Part shown: piece after piece, positions 1 through 8,431 of the stretch | Position numbering within the stretch: the stretch's first letter is position 1 | How the letters are laid out: every line of letters starts with the position of its first letter | NCBI GenBank assembly: GCA_963750025.1 | Contig: CAVVPF010000007.1 | Location: 95,661-159,660, forward strand | From: an uncultured Chloroflexia bacterium | GTDB taxonomy: Bacteria; Chloroflexota; Limnocylindria; QHBO01 | Direction: 5' to 3' | DNA length: 64,000 bases | Position numbers and translations under genes: made by a program | The notes under the pieces: generated by a model | What the model was told of the DNA's origin: nothing | Databases searched by the model: none | Seen by the model: only the letters and a program-made list of their open reading frames with translations

Positions 1-149
1 GCTCAGCCAGCTGCTGCTATGACCGCAGCCCAGACTTCGATCCAGAGCCCGATGCCGACGAAGGCCCACCCGATGCCGACGAGCCCCCGCAAGTTCTTCA
101 CGGTGCATCGCAGCAGGCCTCGACAACGGGATTCAAGAGCATGCAGCTG

Positions 150-905
150 CTAGACACGATCGACTGCCTCGGACCGCTTGGCGGCGTACTCGTCGTCGGT
201 CAGTAGCCCGGCGCCGTGCAGATCGGCTAGTTCGCGGAGCCGATCTCCAGCGGGTGTGGAGTCGCCAGTCGTCAGCATGAAGCTAGTCACGGTCGCGGTG
301 ATCGCACTGAACAGGCCGATGCCCAGCAGCATCAGGACGCTGGCCGCCACTTTGCCCTCGGGCGTGATCGGGGTGACGTCACCGTAGCCGACTGTGGTCA
401 GGGTCACGATCCCCCACCACAGGGCATCCAACGGGGAGCTGATCGCTTTGTTGATGCCGACCTCGGCGGTATACAGGAAGGCCGAGCAGATGATCATGAC
501 TGCCAGCCAGGCCACGAACAGCCAGGCCAGCCCGCGGTGGCGCGCCATGCGCTCGAAGTTCTGCATCGCCCGATACAGGCCGGCGAAGGCCCGCACCAGG
601 CGCAGTAGGCGGAGCAGCCGCAGCACACGGACCCCGCGAGCGACCGGGATGAGGGCGAACAGGTCGATCCAGTGGCCGCGCAGGTAGGCGACCCGATCAA
701 AGGTCGCGGCGAACCGCGAGGCAAACTCCGCTACGAAGATGATGGTCAGGCCGAGGTCGATCGCCTCTAGGTAGGTGCGCACGGCTCCAGTGGCCGCATC
801 GCCGGCGAAGCCAATGCCGACGTAGGCAATCGCCAGCATGGCCATTACCAGCTCCCACGCCACCTCGTGGCGCGCGACGAAGGTATTGAAACGGGTTCGC
901 AGCAC
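150..905 (-). CDS. Voltage-gated-type K+ channel (ion transport family) with C-terminal SHOCT-like tail
   Basis: 251-aa ORF. K+ selectivity filter 'TLTTVGYGDVTP'; S4-like Arg-repeat helix 'VRVLRLLRLLRLVRAF'; C-terminal 'GLLTDDEYAAKRSEA' SHOCT-like motif. Confidence 0.85.
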   Translation of the reverse strand: MLRTRFNTFVARHEVAWELVMAMLAIAYVGIGFAGDAATGAVRTYLEAIDLGLTIIFVAEFASRFAATFDRVAYLRGHWIDLFALIPVARGVRVLRLLRLLRLVRAFAGLYRAMQNFERMARHRGLAWLFVAWLAVMIICSAFLYTAEVGINKAISSPLDALWWGIVTLTTVGYGDVTPITPEGKVAASVLMLLGIGLFSAITATVTSFMLTTGDSTPAGDRLRELADLHGAGLLTDDEYAAKRSEAVDRV

Positions 906-944
906 AGTCAGCCCGTATCGCGAGTCCCGGCGGGACTCGCGCGG

Positions 945-1403
945 TCAGCCGCTCTCACACCCGATGCCGTCATTGTCCCCGTCGAATCCGTGCGGGTCAG
1001 GAGGAAGGACGGTGAACCGCCGGAACGATATGTCTCCGCAGTCAAGGTCTGGCGGCGGCGGCGGAATGCACACCCCTGGGTACGACGGATCGCAGTTCCC
1101 CGGTGGGGGCGGCGGTGGGGGCGGGGGTACTGGCGTCGGTACCGGAGTCGGCACCGGTGTGGGCTCCGGCGTCGGAGATGGTGTCTCCGTAGGCGTCGGT
1201 CTAGCCGTAGGAGACGGCGTCGGCTCCGGAGTTGGGCTGATATCTACCGTTCTGCTGGCCGATGGCGACGGTGATCGATCCGGCTCGCCTGCGCCCGAGT
1301 TGCTCAGGACAGCGAGGGCGCCGAGAAGAACCAACGCGGCGATTCCGACGACGACCTTCTGTCGTCCGGACGCCTGGCCCCAGGCTGTTCGCAGCCAGTT
1401 CAT
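945..1403 (-). CDS. Membrane-anchored Excalibur calcium-binding domain protein with Pro/Thr-rich linker
   Basis: N-terminal TM 'VVVGIAALVLLGALAVL'; PT-rich linker including a run of 10 Pro; C-terminal 'CGDISFRRFTVLPPDPHGFDGDNDGIGCE' matches the Excalibur DxDxDGxxCE pattern. Confidence 0.7.
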   Translation of the reverse strand: MNWLRTAWGQASGRQKVVVGIAALVLLGALAVLSNSGAGEPDRSPSPSASRTVDISPTPEPTPSPTARPTPTETPSPTPEPTPVPTPVPTPVPPPPPPPPPGNCDPSYPGVCIPPPPPDLDCGDISFRRFTVLPPDPHGFDGDNDGIGCESG

Positions 1404-1481
1404 CGTCGACCCCCCGCGTCATACATGGTGCCAGCGTAGCGTCCCACTGTGGGAAGTAGCCGTCAATGGGCAAACGCCGCT

Positions 1482-2372
1482 TCACGGAGCGAAGACGACG
1501 GGCATTCGTTCGTCGGGACAGCTGACGATAAGCGAGGCGAGCGCGCTTCGCTCTCCGGTGTCAACGGCGAGGCTCCAGCGCACCTTCACCGCGATCCATG
1601 CAGATAGGTACGGGCATAGGTAGCTGGACGTGGGAGGCAGCCAGTCTGCCGGGTCCTGGTCCGACTTGCTCCGGTTCGACGAGGCCGAGACAGCAATCAG
1701 GGACCACGAGACCCCCAGGTCGTTGGCGAAACGTTCACGGCGGTCCGCATTCCAGCCGTATGCGCCCGAGTCCCAGGCTTCGGCAAGGGCGACGACGTGG
1801 TCGATGTCGAGACCACTCGGATCGGTGAAGAAGAGCTCGTCGTAGAGGCTCACCCATGAGCCGCCGGAGATGCCGCACGTCACGCTCACGGTCACGGCAG
1901 TCAGCGATTCCTCGATGAGCACCTCGCGGCGCGTGTCGCAGCCGTCGCCGTCGGCGTCGATCCAGTGACGGAACAGAGAGCGGTCATAGCCCGCCCGTTG
2001 TTCTGGAGCGGTCGGCAGGATGGCCAAGAGCTCGGCGAGGGTGAGCCATCCCGTGGACGCGGTCGCTGAGGGCGACGGCGAAGGGGTGGGCTTGGTGCTC
2101 GGCGCTGGCGAGGAAGCCATCGTCGGCATCGGCGTGGCGGTGGCGACATCGCTCGGGCTCGGCGGGGGCGTGACAGACGGAGGCGCAGATAGTTGGCGCG
2201 GTGAAGGAGTCGGCGAATCGGCGGGGGACGCTTCCGGGGACTCTGCGCTCTGCGACGCCTCCGCGGTTCCGGTCGGCATGCCGACCCTCGCCAGTCCAGC
2301 CGCAGATGACAGGAGCACGGCCAAGGCCACTGCCACGAGGACCAACTGGCTGGACGGCGAGAGGCGGCGCAT
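1482..2372 (-). CDS. Secreted DUF1524 / HNH-type (GmrSD C-terminal-like) nuclease domain protein
   Basis: Signal/TM 'LVLVAVALAVLLSSAAG', then an S/P/T-rich linker. Motifs 'HWIDADGDGCDTRREVL', 'DIDHVVALAEAWDSGA' and 'NRSKSDQDPADWLPP'. Confidence 0.7.
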   Translation of the reverse strand: MRRLSPSSQLVLVAVALAVLLSSAAGLARVGMPTGTAEASQSAESPEASPADSPTPSPRQLSAPPSVTPPPSPSDVATATPMPTMASSPAPSTKPTPSPSPSATASTGWLTLAELLAILPTAPEQRAGYDRSLFRHWIDADGDGCDTRREVLIEESLTAVTVSVTCGISGGSWVSLYDELFFTDPSGLDIDHVVALAEAWDSGAYGWNADRRERFANDLGVSWSLIAVSASSNRSKSDQDPADWLPPTSSYLCPYLSAWIAVKVRWSLAVDTGERSALASLIVSCPDERMPVVFAP

Positions 2373-2406
2373 CCGATGGGATCCCCAATTAGAGTGCCTA
2401 GCAGGC

Positions 2407-2784
2407 CTATGGGCGGAAGTCCGAGCTCAGGACGTAAAGGGACGCCGCCACTTCCGCGACCTTGATGCCGATCTGGTCCTCTCTGCAAACGTCATTGATC
2501 GACGCACGGAAAAGATCGACCAGCGAATCGGCGGGCAAGCCCGAGTCGCCATCCCCTTCGCGCGCCGCGTATAGCATGTCCCCGGCCATGACCCACTGCT
2601 GCTTGGCGGTCATGTCGTCGTTCCACTGCGGGCACGTGGTATCGGTGTACAACACTGTCCACGTCTGTGTGTATTTCCCCTCGGTAGGCTCGGGCGTGCT
2701 ACTTGCTCCGTCGCCTTCTGCACCATTCCCGGTGCAGGCGATCAGCAGCACGACGATCGCCGCCACAGCTGAAAGGCTTCGCAT
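2407..2784 (-). CDS. Hypothetical lipoprotein
   Basis: Internal ATG at 2784 gives 'MRSLSAVAAIVVLLIACTGNG' (signal peptide plus lipobox Cys). The upstream part of ORF 2407..2874 is Arg-rich junk. Confidence 0.5.
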   Translation of the reverse strand: MRSLSAVAAIVVLLIACTGNGAEGDGASSTPEPTEGKYTQTWTVLYTDTTCPQWNDDMTAKQQWVMAGDMLYAAREGDGDSGLPADSLVDLFRASINDVCREDQIGIKVAEVAASLYVLSSDFRP

Positions 2785-2856
2785 CAGCTCCCTCCCTCGC
2801 GCGGTCGATCCTGCGCCGACATGGTAGGGCCGGGGTCGCCTGCACGCTACCGACTG

Positions 2857-2944
2857 CCGCGGGCGTCGCCGCACGAGCTCTTCGCGCCGTCAACGTCGCC
2901 CCGGCCCTGCCAGCCTACGCCCCGGCACCTATCAGCGGCTTACT
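2857..2944 (+). repeat. Left arm of an ~85-bp inverted repeat (partner 5161..5240)
   Basis: Core 'gctcttcgcgccgtcaacgtcgccccggccc' matches the reverse complement of 5190-5220, 'gctcttcgcaccgtcaacgtcaccccggccc' (2 mismatches). Flanking similarity 'ccgcgggcgtcgccg' and 'gcggcttact'. Both translate as 'LFAPSTSPRP' in spurious ORFs. Confidence 0.8.
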
Positions 2945-3002
2945 CGCGCAGGTCACGAACTCGTGCGTCGGCCGTCTTGACCGCTGGGACTACCGTAGCC
3001 GG

Positions 3003-3224
3003 GTGAAGAGACGATCAATCGCACTCGCACTCGCAGTCCTACTCCTACTGGTGGCAGCTTGCGAGTCCCGGCCGCCGCTATCGGATCAAGATGCGTGGGT
3101 CCTAGAGCAAGACTGGAGCTGCCAACTGAACGGTCGACCGACCGAAGAGGCCGAGCGCCTTGGGATCCCAATCACCGACTGCGATTACTACGTTGAAGAG
3201 GCCAAGAAGATTCGAGCCCGATAA
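3003..3224 (+). CDS. Small hypothetical lipoprotein
   Basis: GTG at 3003 gives 'VKRRSIALALAVLLLLVAACES' (lipobox). The protein-like sequence continues to the stop at 3224. Confidence 0.45.
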   Translation: MKRRSIALALAVLLLLVAACESRPPLSDQDAWVLEQDWSCQLNGRPTEEAERLGIPITDCDYYVEEAKKIRAR

Positions 3225-3725
3225 GTGCCATCACGCTTCGTGACGATTCGCGCCCCAATCATGGTCCTCGTCCTCGCCCTGGCCGGTTGCGGCGGCTCCA
3301 TCGCCCCGGGTGGCGCCGGCACTCTTACGGCGGCGGCGGAAGCAACAGGCACGCCCACCGAGCGACCGCCGACGCCAACACCCGCCCCGCTCGACTGTGG
3401 GCCGGAGCTTGCTGCCTTCGTGGAGAAGCTGGCCGACCTGGATTCGCGGCTGACGATCGGTCTGACCTTCGCGGACTACGGCGAGCGGGTTGGCGATGCG
3501 AACGTGGCGCACGACCGCATCCTGGTCACAGACCTATCGCTCGACTGTCTGAACGTGGGCGTTGACGCGGAGCACGCGCTGCAGGCCTACGTGGACGCCC
3601 ACACCACCTGGAACGACTGTATCCAGGACCCGGCGTGCTCCAACGACTCGATTACGACAGAGCTCCAGGCGAAATGGGCCGAGGCCACCGAGCTCATTGA
3701 GAAGGCGCAACGGGCGCTCGAGTGA
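3225..3725 (+). CDS. Hypothetical lipoprotein
   Basis: 'MVLVLALAGCGG' lipobox, PT linker, four Cys in the mature part. Stop overlaps the next start. Confidence 0.5.
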   Translation: MPSRFVTIRAPIMVLVLALAGCGGSIAPGGAGTLTAAAEATGTPTERPPTPTPAPLDCGPELAAFVEKLADLDSRLTIGLTFADYGERVGDANVAHDRILVTDLSLDCLNVGVDAEHALQAYVDAHTTWNDCIQDPACSNDSITTELQAKWAEATELIEKAQRALE

Positions 3726-4390
3726 CCGAGGTCGCTTTCTGTTCACAGTGCGGCACGCGCCGCCAAGCCGGGTCTCGATTCTGTGTGTCGTGCGGTCACC
3801 GCTTCGAGGGCGTCCTCACGCAGCTGGGTCGGCAAGCTATCCGCCCAGTGGATGAACCCCGTCGATCCCCGCCGGTAGACATGGAACCGGCCACCCCGCC
3901 AACGAGTGAGGCGGCGGCTGACCGTAGCTCGACCATCAGCCTGATCGCGGGCCTGGCGTGGATCGGCGCCGCCCTGTGCTACGGCTACCTGGCCTTCCTG
4001 CAGCTGACATATGCCCCGCTGCTCGGCGGCCAAGCGGACCATCTGCGCGAGCTCGCCGTCGGCAACGGTATCGGCGCCGCCATTACCCTCTTCTTTGGCG
4101 CGCGGCTGATCTTGGGCACGACCCGCGGCACCCTGACGGGGTCTGCCATCTGGGGCGGGCTGGGTGTCGCCTATGGCGTGTGGCAGATCAGCCAGGGCGT
4201 CACCCACGAGGTGTTTCTGCTCGGCACCCTGCTGGCCGGGGCCGCCGGCGTGCTATCGCTCGTGGCGGCGCAGGGAGCACCGATGGCTGCTGACGAAGGG
4301 CCGCTGCTCAGCCCTATCGCCAAGGGGTTCCTCGTCATCATCGGGGTGGTGGTCCTCCTGGGCGCCATCGGCCTCTATGTGAACCGATAG
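3722..4390 (+). CDS. Zinc-ribbon domain membrane protein
   Basis: N-terminal 'FCSQCGTRRQAGSRFCVSCGHRF' double CxxC zinc ribbon, then about 5 predicted hydrophobic helices. Confidence 0.6.
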   Translation: MTEVAFCSQCGTRRQAGSRFCVSCGHRFEGVLTQLGRQAIRPVDEPRRSPPVDMEPATPPTSEAAADRSSTISLIAGLAWIGAALCYGYLAFLQLTYAPLLGGQADHLRELAVGNGIGAAITLFFGARLILGTTRGTLTGSAIWGGLGVAYGVWQISQGVTHEVFLLGTLLAGAAGVLSLVAAQGAPMAADEGPLLSPIAKGFLVIIGVVVLLGAIGLYVNR

Positions 4391-4475
4391 CGGGCCGTCG
4401 GATCTACCCGCTCGGGTCCCCCTCCGCCGCCTCCACGCTCGTTCGGTCCAAAAGGACCACCTTTCGAGTCGGGTT

Positions 4476-4826
4476 TCAGTAGCCTGGTCGGATGAGGAGC
4501 ACCATTCCGGGGTCCTCGGGGGGACCTGCCACGCAGCCTCCCGAGATCTTGTCCCCGGCCCGGAATACCGTGGTTCCCGACGCGTCATGGACTTCGAGGT
4601 GGGGCGTAAATCGGGCGCTGAAGCCGGGCGGCCACACGATCTCTTGACGCCCGCCACCAGATGAGAGGAGCCACGCGACGCGCGGGTCCGCCGGGCTTCC
4701 AGCGAGCGTGGCGTCGAGGCCAACACCCCGGCACCCGCCGTTGTCCGAAGCAAGGGTTGGGAGCGTTCGGGTGACGCTGCACGCCGTCTGCATGATGAGG
4801 ATCGCAACCACCGCGAGTGCACGCAT
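4476..4826 (-). CDS. Hypothetical lipoprotein
   Basis: ATG at 4826 gives 'MRALAVVAILIMQTACS' (lipobox). Only the last 116 aa of ORF 4476..5693 look protein-like. Confidence 0.5.
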   Translation of the reverse strand: MRALAVVAILIMQTACSVTRTLPTLASDNGGCRGVGLDATLAGSPADPRVAWLLSSGGGRQEIVWPPGFSARFTPHLEVHDASGTTVFRAGDKISGGCVAGPPEDPGMVLLIRPGY

Positions 4827-5160
4827 CGCTGCGACGATACAACCTCGCACCAGGCATTGTGCGAGCCATTTTGAGTGAGTCAGCTGCGACGATTCAGCAT
4901 CTTGGGATAGACGGGCGAATCTACGCGCCCCGACCGAAACGACCTCCTTCTGATCGGCCCAAGACCGGGACCGCGCGAAGCACGAATCGGACGGTCTTCG
5001 GGGGGCTCCTCTTTTGGGACGGGTCTGCGCGGGTCGGCGCGGGCCGGCGCGGCCGCTCGGACCTCCCGGCCAACTCGTCGGCCCTCGAGTCTCGGGAGTC
5101 GCTGACCGGACCGTCGGAGAGGGTGTTCGCCCCGTCGCCCCGACCAGTCTGGTAAGCCGA

Positions 5161-5240
5161 CAGTAAGCGGCGCTGCATAGGCTGCCAGCGGGCCGGGGTG
5201 ACGTTGACGGTGCGAAGAGCTTGAGCGGCGACGGCCGCGG
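5161..5240 (-). repeat. Right arm of the ~85-bp inverted repeat (partner 2857..2944)
   Basis: Reverse complement aligns to 2857-2944; see the partner entry. Confidence 0.8.
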
Positions 5241-5598
5241 CTCGCGTTCTACCAGGGAGCCGAGGAACAGTCCTGGCGAGGAATGGGTCGAGGACTGACT
5301 TCTGAGGAGTTGGAGCACGTCACCTCTCGACTTCCCGCGCTCGGTCGGTAGTTGCCTCCGCGCACCAGAATCTGTGGACAAGTGAGTATCATCCCGCCCG
5401 CCGGCGCGCATACTCAGCCACAGGCAGGGAGGCGCGGGACCCAGCGAGTTCCAACAGCGCGGTGTCCAACTCGGTCGCCCGTCCGGCGCGTTGTGCCAAT
5501 GGCGAGACCGACCCGCCTTGATCACCCTTCGCGGGACGACAACGGTTCGACCACGGAGGGGACTCGCTCGCGCCGAAAGGCAGAAAGGGACCTCGCTC

Positions 5599-6363
5599 AT
5601 GCGACGTCTGTCCATCTTGGTCGCGCTGATCGCGACCTTCGCTCTCTCAGGCAGCGCCCTCGCAGCGCCGACCACCGTCAAGATTGGCGCCACGCAGCCG
5701 ACATGGGCTCTGGGCGTCTACGCGCTGTACGCCGGGCCGCCCAACTACGACTGGGTTTCGCCGGGCCTCACCGCCGCGTACTTGGGCCGCGAAGCCGGCC
5801 TGATCAAGGCCGGACTGACGGCGGACCCCACCGGCTGCGCACCCCTCAACTACTGCGACGAGGGCCTCTTCGCCTTCAGGCCCGCGGTGTCGATCGATAC
5901 GTTCGCAGCCAGTGCTCTGACCTACGACGTGGTCAACCAGTACGGCGCGAACCCGGTGTGGATGACGATCGAGATCGACACCGGTGTGGTTGGCGATCGC
6001 AGCGACAACGTCGCGTTCCAGATGGTGCCGGCCCCGTATGGGTTAGCAGACTACGTCACGGTGAATGCCGCGACCGCTGCGAACTGGCTGCAGTGGGTAG
6101 ACAACAGCGGCACCACCACGGGTGCCGAAAGGACACTGGCTAGCATCGCCGCCGATTCGGCGTACACGGGCCTGACCGTCGTCCGCACCTACCTCCGTCT
6201 CGGCATGGGCGACTCCTACGGACCCAGCCCCGACGGCACGCAGGCGTGGGTCGACAAAGCCTCCATCGGCGGCGTGACCTACGACTTCGTCGTCAAGGGA
6301 AGCGGCTACGCCCAGAAGGATTGGACCACCAATCCTGGGTACCACGGTTTCAAGACCCCGTAG
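5599..6363 (+). CDS. Secreted hypothetical protein
   Basis: ATG at 5599 preceded by 'gaaaggga'. Signal peptide 'MRRLSILVALIATFALSGSALAAP'. No recognisable domain. Confidence 0.55.
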   Translation: MRRLSILVALIATFALSGSALAAPTTVKIGATQPTWALGVYALYAGPPNYDWVSPGLTAAYLGREAGLIKAGLTADPTGCAPLNYCDEGLFAFRPAVSIDTFAASALTYDVVNQYGANPVWMTIEIDTGVVGDRSDNVAFQMVPAPYGLADYVTVNAATAANWLQWVDNSGTTTGAERTLASIAADSAYTGLTVVRTYLRLGMGDSYGPSPDGTQAWVDKASIGGVTYDFVVKGSGYAQKDWTTNPGYHGFKTP

Positions 6364-6380
6364 CCGCGCACTCGACGGGA

Positions 6381-6416
6381 AAAGGGGCCGGTCCGAAGAC
6401 CGGCCCCTTTCTGTTT
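6381..6416 (+). terminator. Rho-independent terminator
   Basis: Perfect 10-bp stem 'ggggccggtc'/'gaccggcccc' with loop 'cgaa', followed by 'tttctgttt'. Starts about 20 nt after the stop at 6363. Confidence 0.7.
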
Positions 6417-6586
6417 GAGCTCGACGGCCCGGTCGCCCGCCGCTTATTTGGCCCGTTGCCGGGGAACGCGGGCGAAGGCGCGGTGGGCGACCGGGGCCGT
6501 TGTGTGTTTAGGGCAAACGTTGTGAGTGACGTCGGTGGCCCGCCAGTCCTGAGCCCAACGCAGAACTGATCGGAGGCTGGGTCTCC

Positions 6587-6623
6587 GCCATCCGTCTGGC
6601 GTTATTCACGCACACTCGCGCAT
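6587..6623 (+). repeat. 37-bp direct repeat, copy 1 (partner 7786..7822)
   Basis: 'gccatccgtctggcgtTattcacgcacactcgcgcat' versus copy 2 'gccatccgtctggcgtCattcacgcacactcgcgcat'; 36/37 identical. Confidence 0.9.
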
Positions 6624-6711
6624 GCCAGAAGGCCGTCCGCTGAGATAGGATGGCCGGGGCTGGCCACAGGCGGTGCTCGCCTGTGTGCGCGTCTATCGAT
6701 GAACGAGAGCT

Positions 6712-7476
6712 GTGTTCGACGTGGACGGAGGCGTCATCGTGGCTGCGGTGGTCCATCGGTTCTGTCCAAGCTGCGGCACGTCCCGGAGCGCTGATCTGCG
6801 CTTCTGCGGATCGTGCGGCTTCGACTTAGAGGCCACAGGAGCGCCGACAGTATCGAGCGACCCGGTGGATCGGACTTTGCCAGACGCCCCCAATACCGAT
6901 CCCCGGGCCATCACCTGTCCCAGCGGCGGTCATCCTCAGGCAGTTCAGAAAGTGAGCGCCGTGTTCGCCGCGGGAGCATCGGTATCGCAGGGTGTGGGCA
7001 GCGCGAGTACGACCTCGATTCGCTACAGCCAGAGAGGGGGCATCGGGGTTGCATCCGGTGGAGGGCCCACCGAGTACCACGAGACACGCTACACGGCTCT
7101 CGCGGCGATGCTCGCGCCGCCCGACGAGCCTCAGTACGAGAGCCCATGGGGCTGGCGCTCGCGTTTGTGGGTTGGTTTTTGGCTCCTGGCGATTCTCGCT
7201 GTGCCCGGTGGCGTCAGCCGGGCGCCGGCAGACATCGCCGTACCCGTACTGCTCGTCGACGTGGCATCCATTGCGATCCTGATCTGGATTCCGGTCTGGC
7301 ACAAGCGACGGACCGCGGCACGCCGGCGGGAAATCCTCGGCGAGCGCCACCCTCGGTGGGAGACGCTGATGACTCGCTGGGACCGGTCCTTCTACTGCCA
7401 TAAAGATGGGATCGTCTTCTTACCAGATGAGCCTGGCATCCCGGCACCCGCGTTCGCTGAGTCGATGGTCGTCTGA
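6712..7476 (+). CDS. Zinc-ribbon domain membrane protein
   Basis: 'FCPSCGTSRSADLRFCGSCGF' zinc ribbon; two TM helices ('LWVGFWLLAILAV', 'VLLVDVASIAILIWIPVW'). Same architecture class as 3722..4390. Confidence 0.55.
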   Translation: MFDVDGGVIVAAVVHRFCPSCGTSRSADLRFCGSCGFDLEATGAPTVSSDPVDRTLPDAPNTDPRAITCPSGGHPQAVQKVSAVFAAGASVSQGVGSASTTSIRYSQRGGIGVASGGGPTEYHETRYTALAAMLAPPDEPQYESPWGWRSRLWVGFWLLAILAVPGGVSRAPADIAVPVLLVDVASIAILIWIPVWHKRRTAARRREILGERHPRWETLMTRWDRSFYCHKDGIVFLPDEPGIPAPAFAESMVV

Positions 7477-7785
7477 GGCCGCACACGGCCGCGCGCAGTA
7501 TCCATAAGGGCCGATCCCGGCGCAGGAGTGACGGTCGCCCATACCGGGATACTGGCAGGCTGAGTCCATTCGGAGGAGCGCCAAATACTGAGGATGCTGG
7601 ATGGCCAACTGCCCCGACATGCAGCCGCTGGGAGCCCCTCACCAGCCTTGTCTGCGGCGGCTGCAGATATGGCTTTGCGGGTGAGTTCTAGGGCGTCCAA
7701 CTCGCGCGACCCTGAACCGAGGACATCGACCGTGACCAGCACCGGGCCCGAGCGGTGAGCCTACTACACGCAAGATAAGCCTCTG

Positions 7786-7822
7786 GCCATCCGTCTGGCG
7801 TCATTCACGCACACTCGCGCAT
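7786..7822 (+). repeat. 37-bp direct repeat, copy 2, overlapping the comM truncation point
   Basis: See 6587..6623. Its last ~12 nt encode 'TLAH', the first ComM-like residues. Confidence 0.9.
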
Positions 7823-8431
7823 CGCGGCGTGCTGCTGCTCGACGAAACCCTCCAGTTCCGCAGCGACGCTCTGGAAGCATTGCGCCAGCCGATGGAGGCG
7901 GGCAGCGTGACCATCGCCCGGGTGGACGGATCACTGTCGCTGCCGGCCAGCTTCTCGCTGCTGGCGGCCTTCAACCCGTGCCCGTGCGGCTGGCGTGGAA
8001 CCCGCCGGCGCGCCTGCACCTGCGACGAAGCGGTGGCGCGGCGCTACGCCGCCCGGCTCTCCGGCCCACTGCGTGACCGGATCGACCTGTGGGTCAGCAT
8101 GGATGAGCCGACCAGTGGTCGTGGTGGCGGCCGCTCGCAGCCGAGCTCGGTGGTCGCGCCGCGGATTGCCGCAGCACGGCGGCGGCAGCTCGAGCGACAG
8201 GGGATCGCCAATGGAGATCTGTCGCCGCGCCAGTTCGACGCGGCACACGGCATCACCCCATCCGCGCTGGCGCACCTCGCCGGGCGTGGCCGCAGTTTCG
8301 GACTTTCACCCCGGCGCCTGCACCGCGCGACCCGCGTGGCTCGCACCATCGCCGACCTTGCGGAAGCGGAGCAGGTCTCCATCGAGCACCTCGATGAGGC
8401 GCTCGTCTACCGAACGGGGATGCAGCCGTGA
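7811..8431 (+). pseudogene. comM: 5'-truncated Mg-chelatase-like ATPase ComM/YifB (C-terminal ~200 aa only)
   Basis: 'LAHRGVLLLDE' (Walker B region), 'LRQPMEAGSVTIAR', 'LLAAFNPCPCGW', 'RLSGPLRDRIDLWV', 'RVARTIADLAEAEQVSIEHLDEALVYR'. No N-terminal Lon-like or Walker A part on either strand upstream. Confidence 0.8.

Noticed and set aside
3-101. 33-codon minus-strand ORF 'VKNLRGLVGIGWAFVGIGLWIEVWAAVIAAAG' at the window edge
   Set aside because: It is a hydrophobic mini-ORF with a GTG start downstream of the K+ channel gene. It is too short and has no RBS evidence, so it is not called.
838-1623. 261-aa plus-strand Gly-rich ORF
   Set aside because: It is the antisense translation of the Pro/Thr-rich linker of the Excalibur gene (GGN repeats opposite CCN repeats).
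4476-5693. Full 405-aa minus-strand ORF
   Set aside because: Only the last 116 codons, from ATG 4826 with a signal peptide and lipobox, look like protein. The upstream 290 codons are Arg/Pro/Ser-rich and span the inverted-repeat arm.
7590-7707. Startless plus-strand fragment ending 'TCSRWEPLTSLVCGGCRYGFAGEF*'
   Set aside because: Possibly a zinc-ribbon gene remnant. It has no start codon and no support beyond a Cys pattern, so it is mentioned only in a finding.
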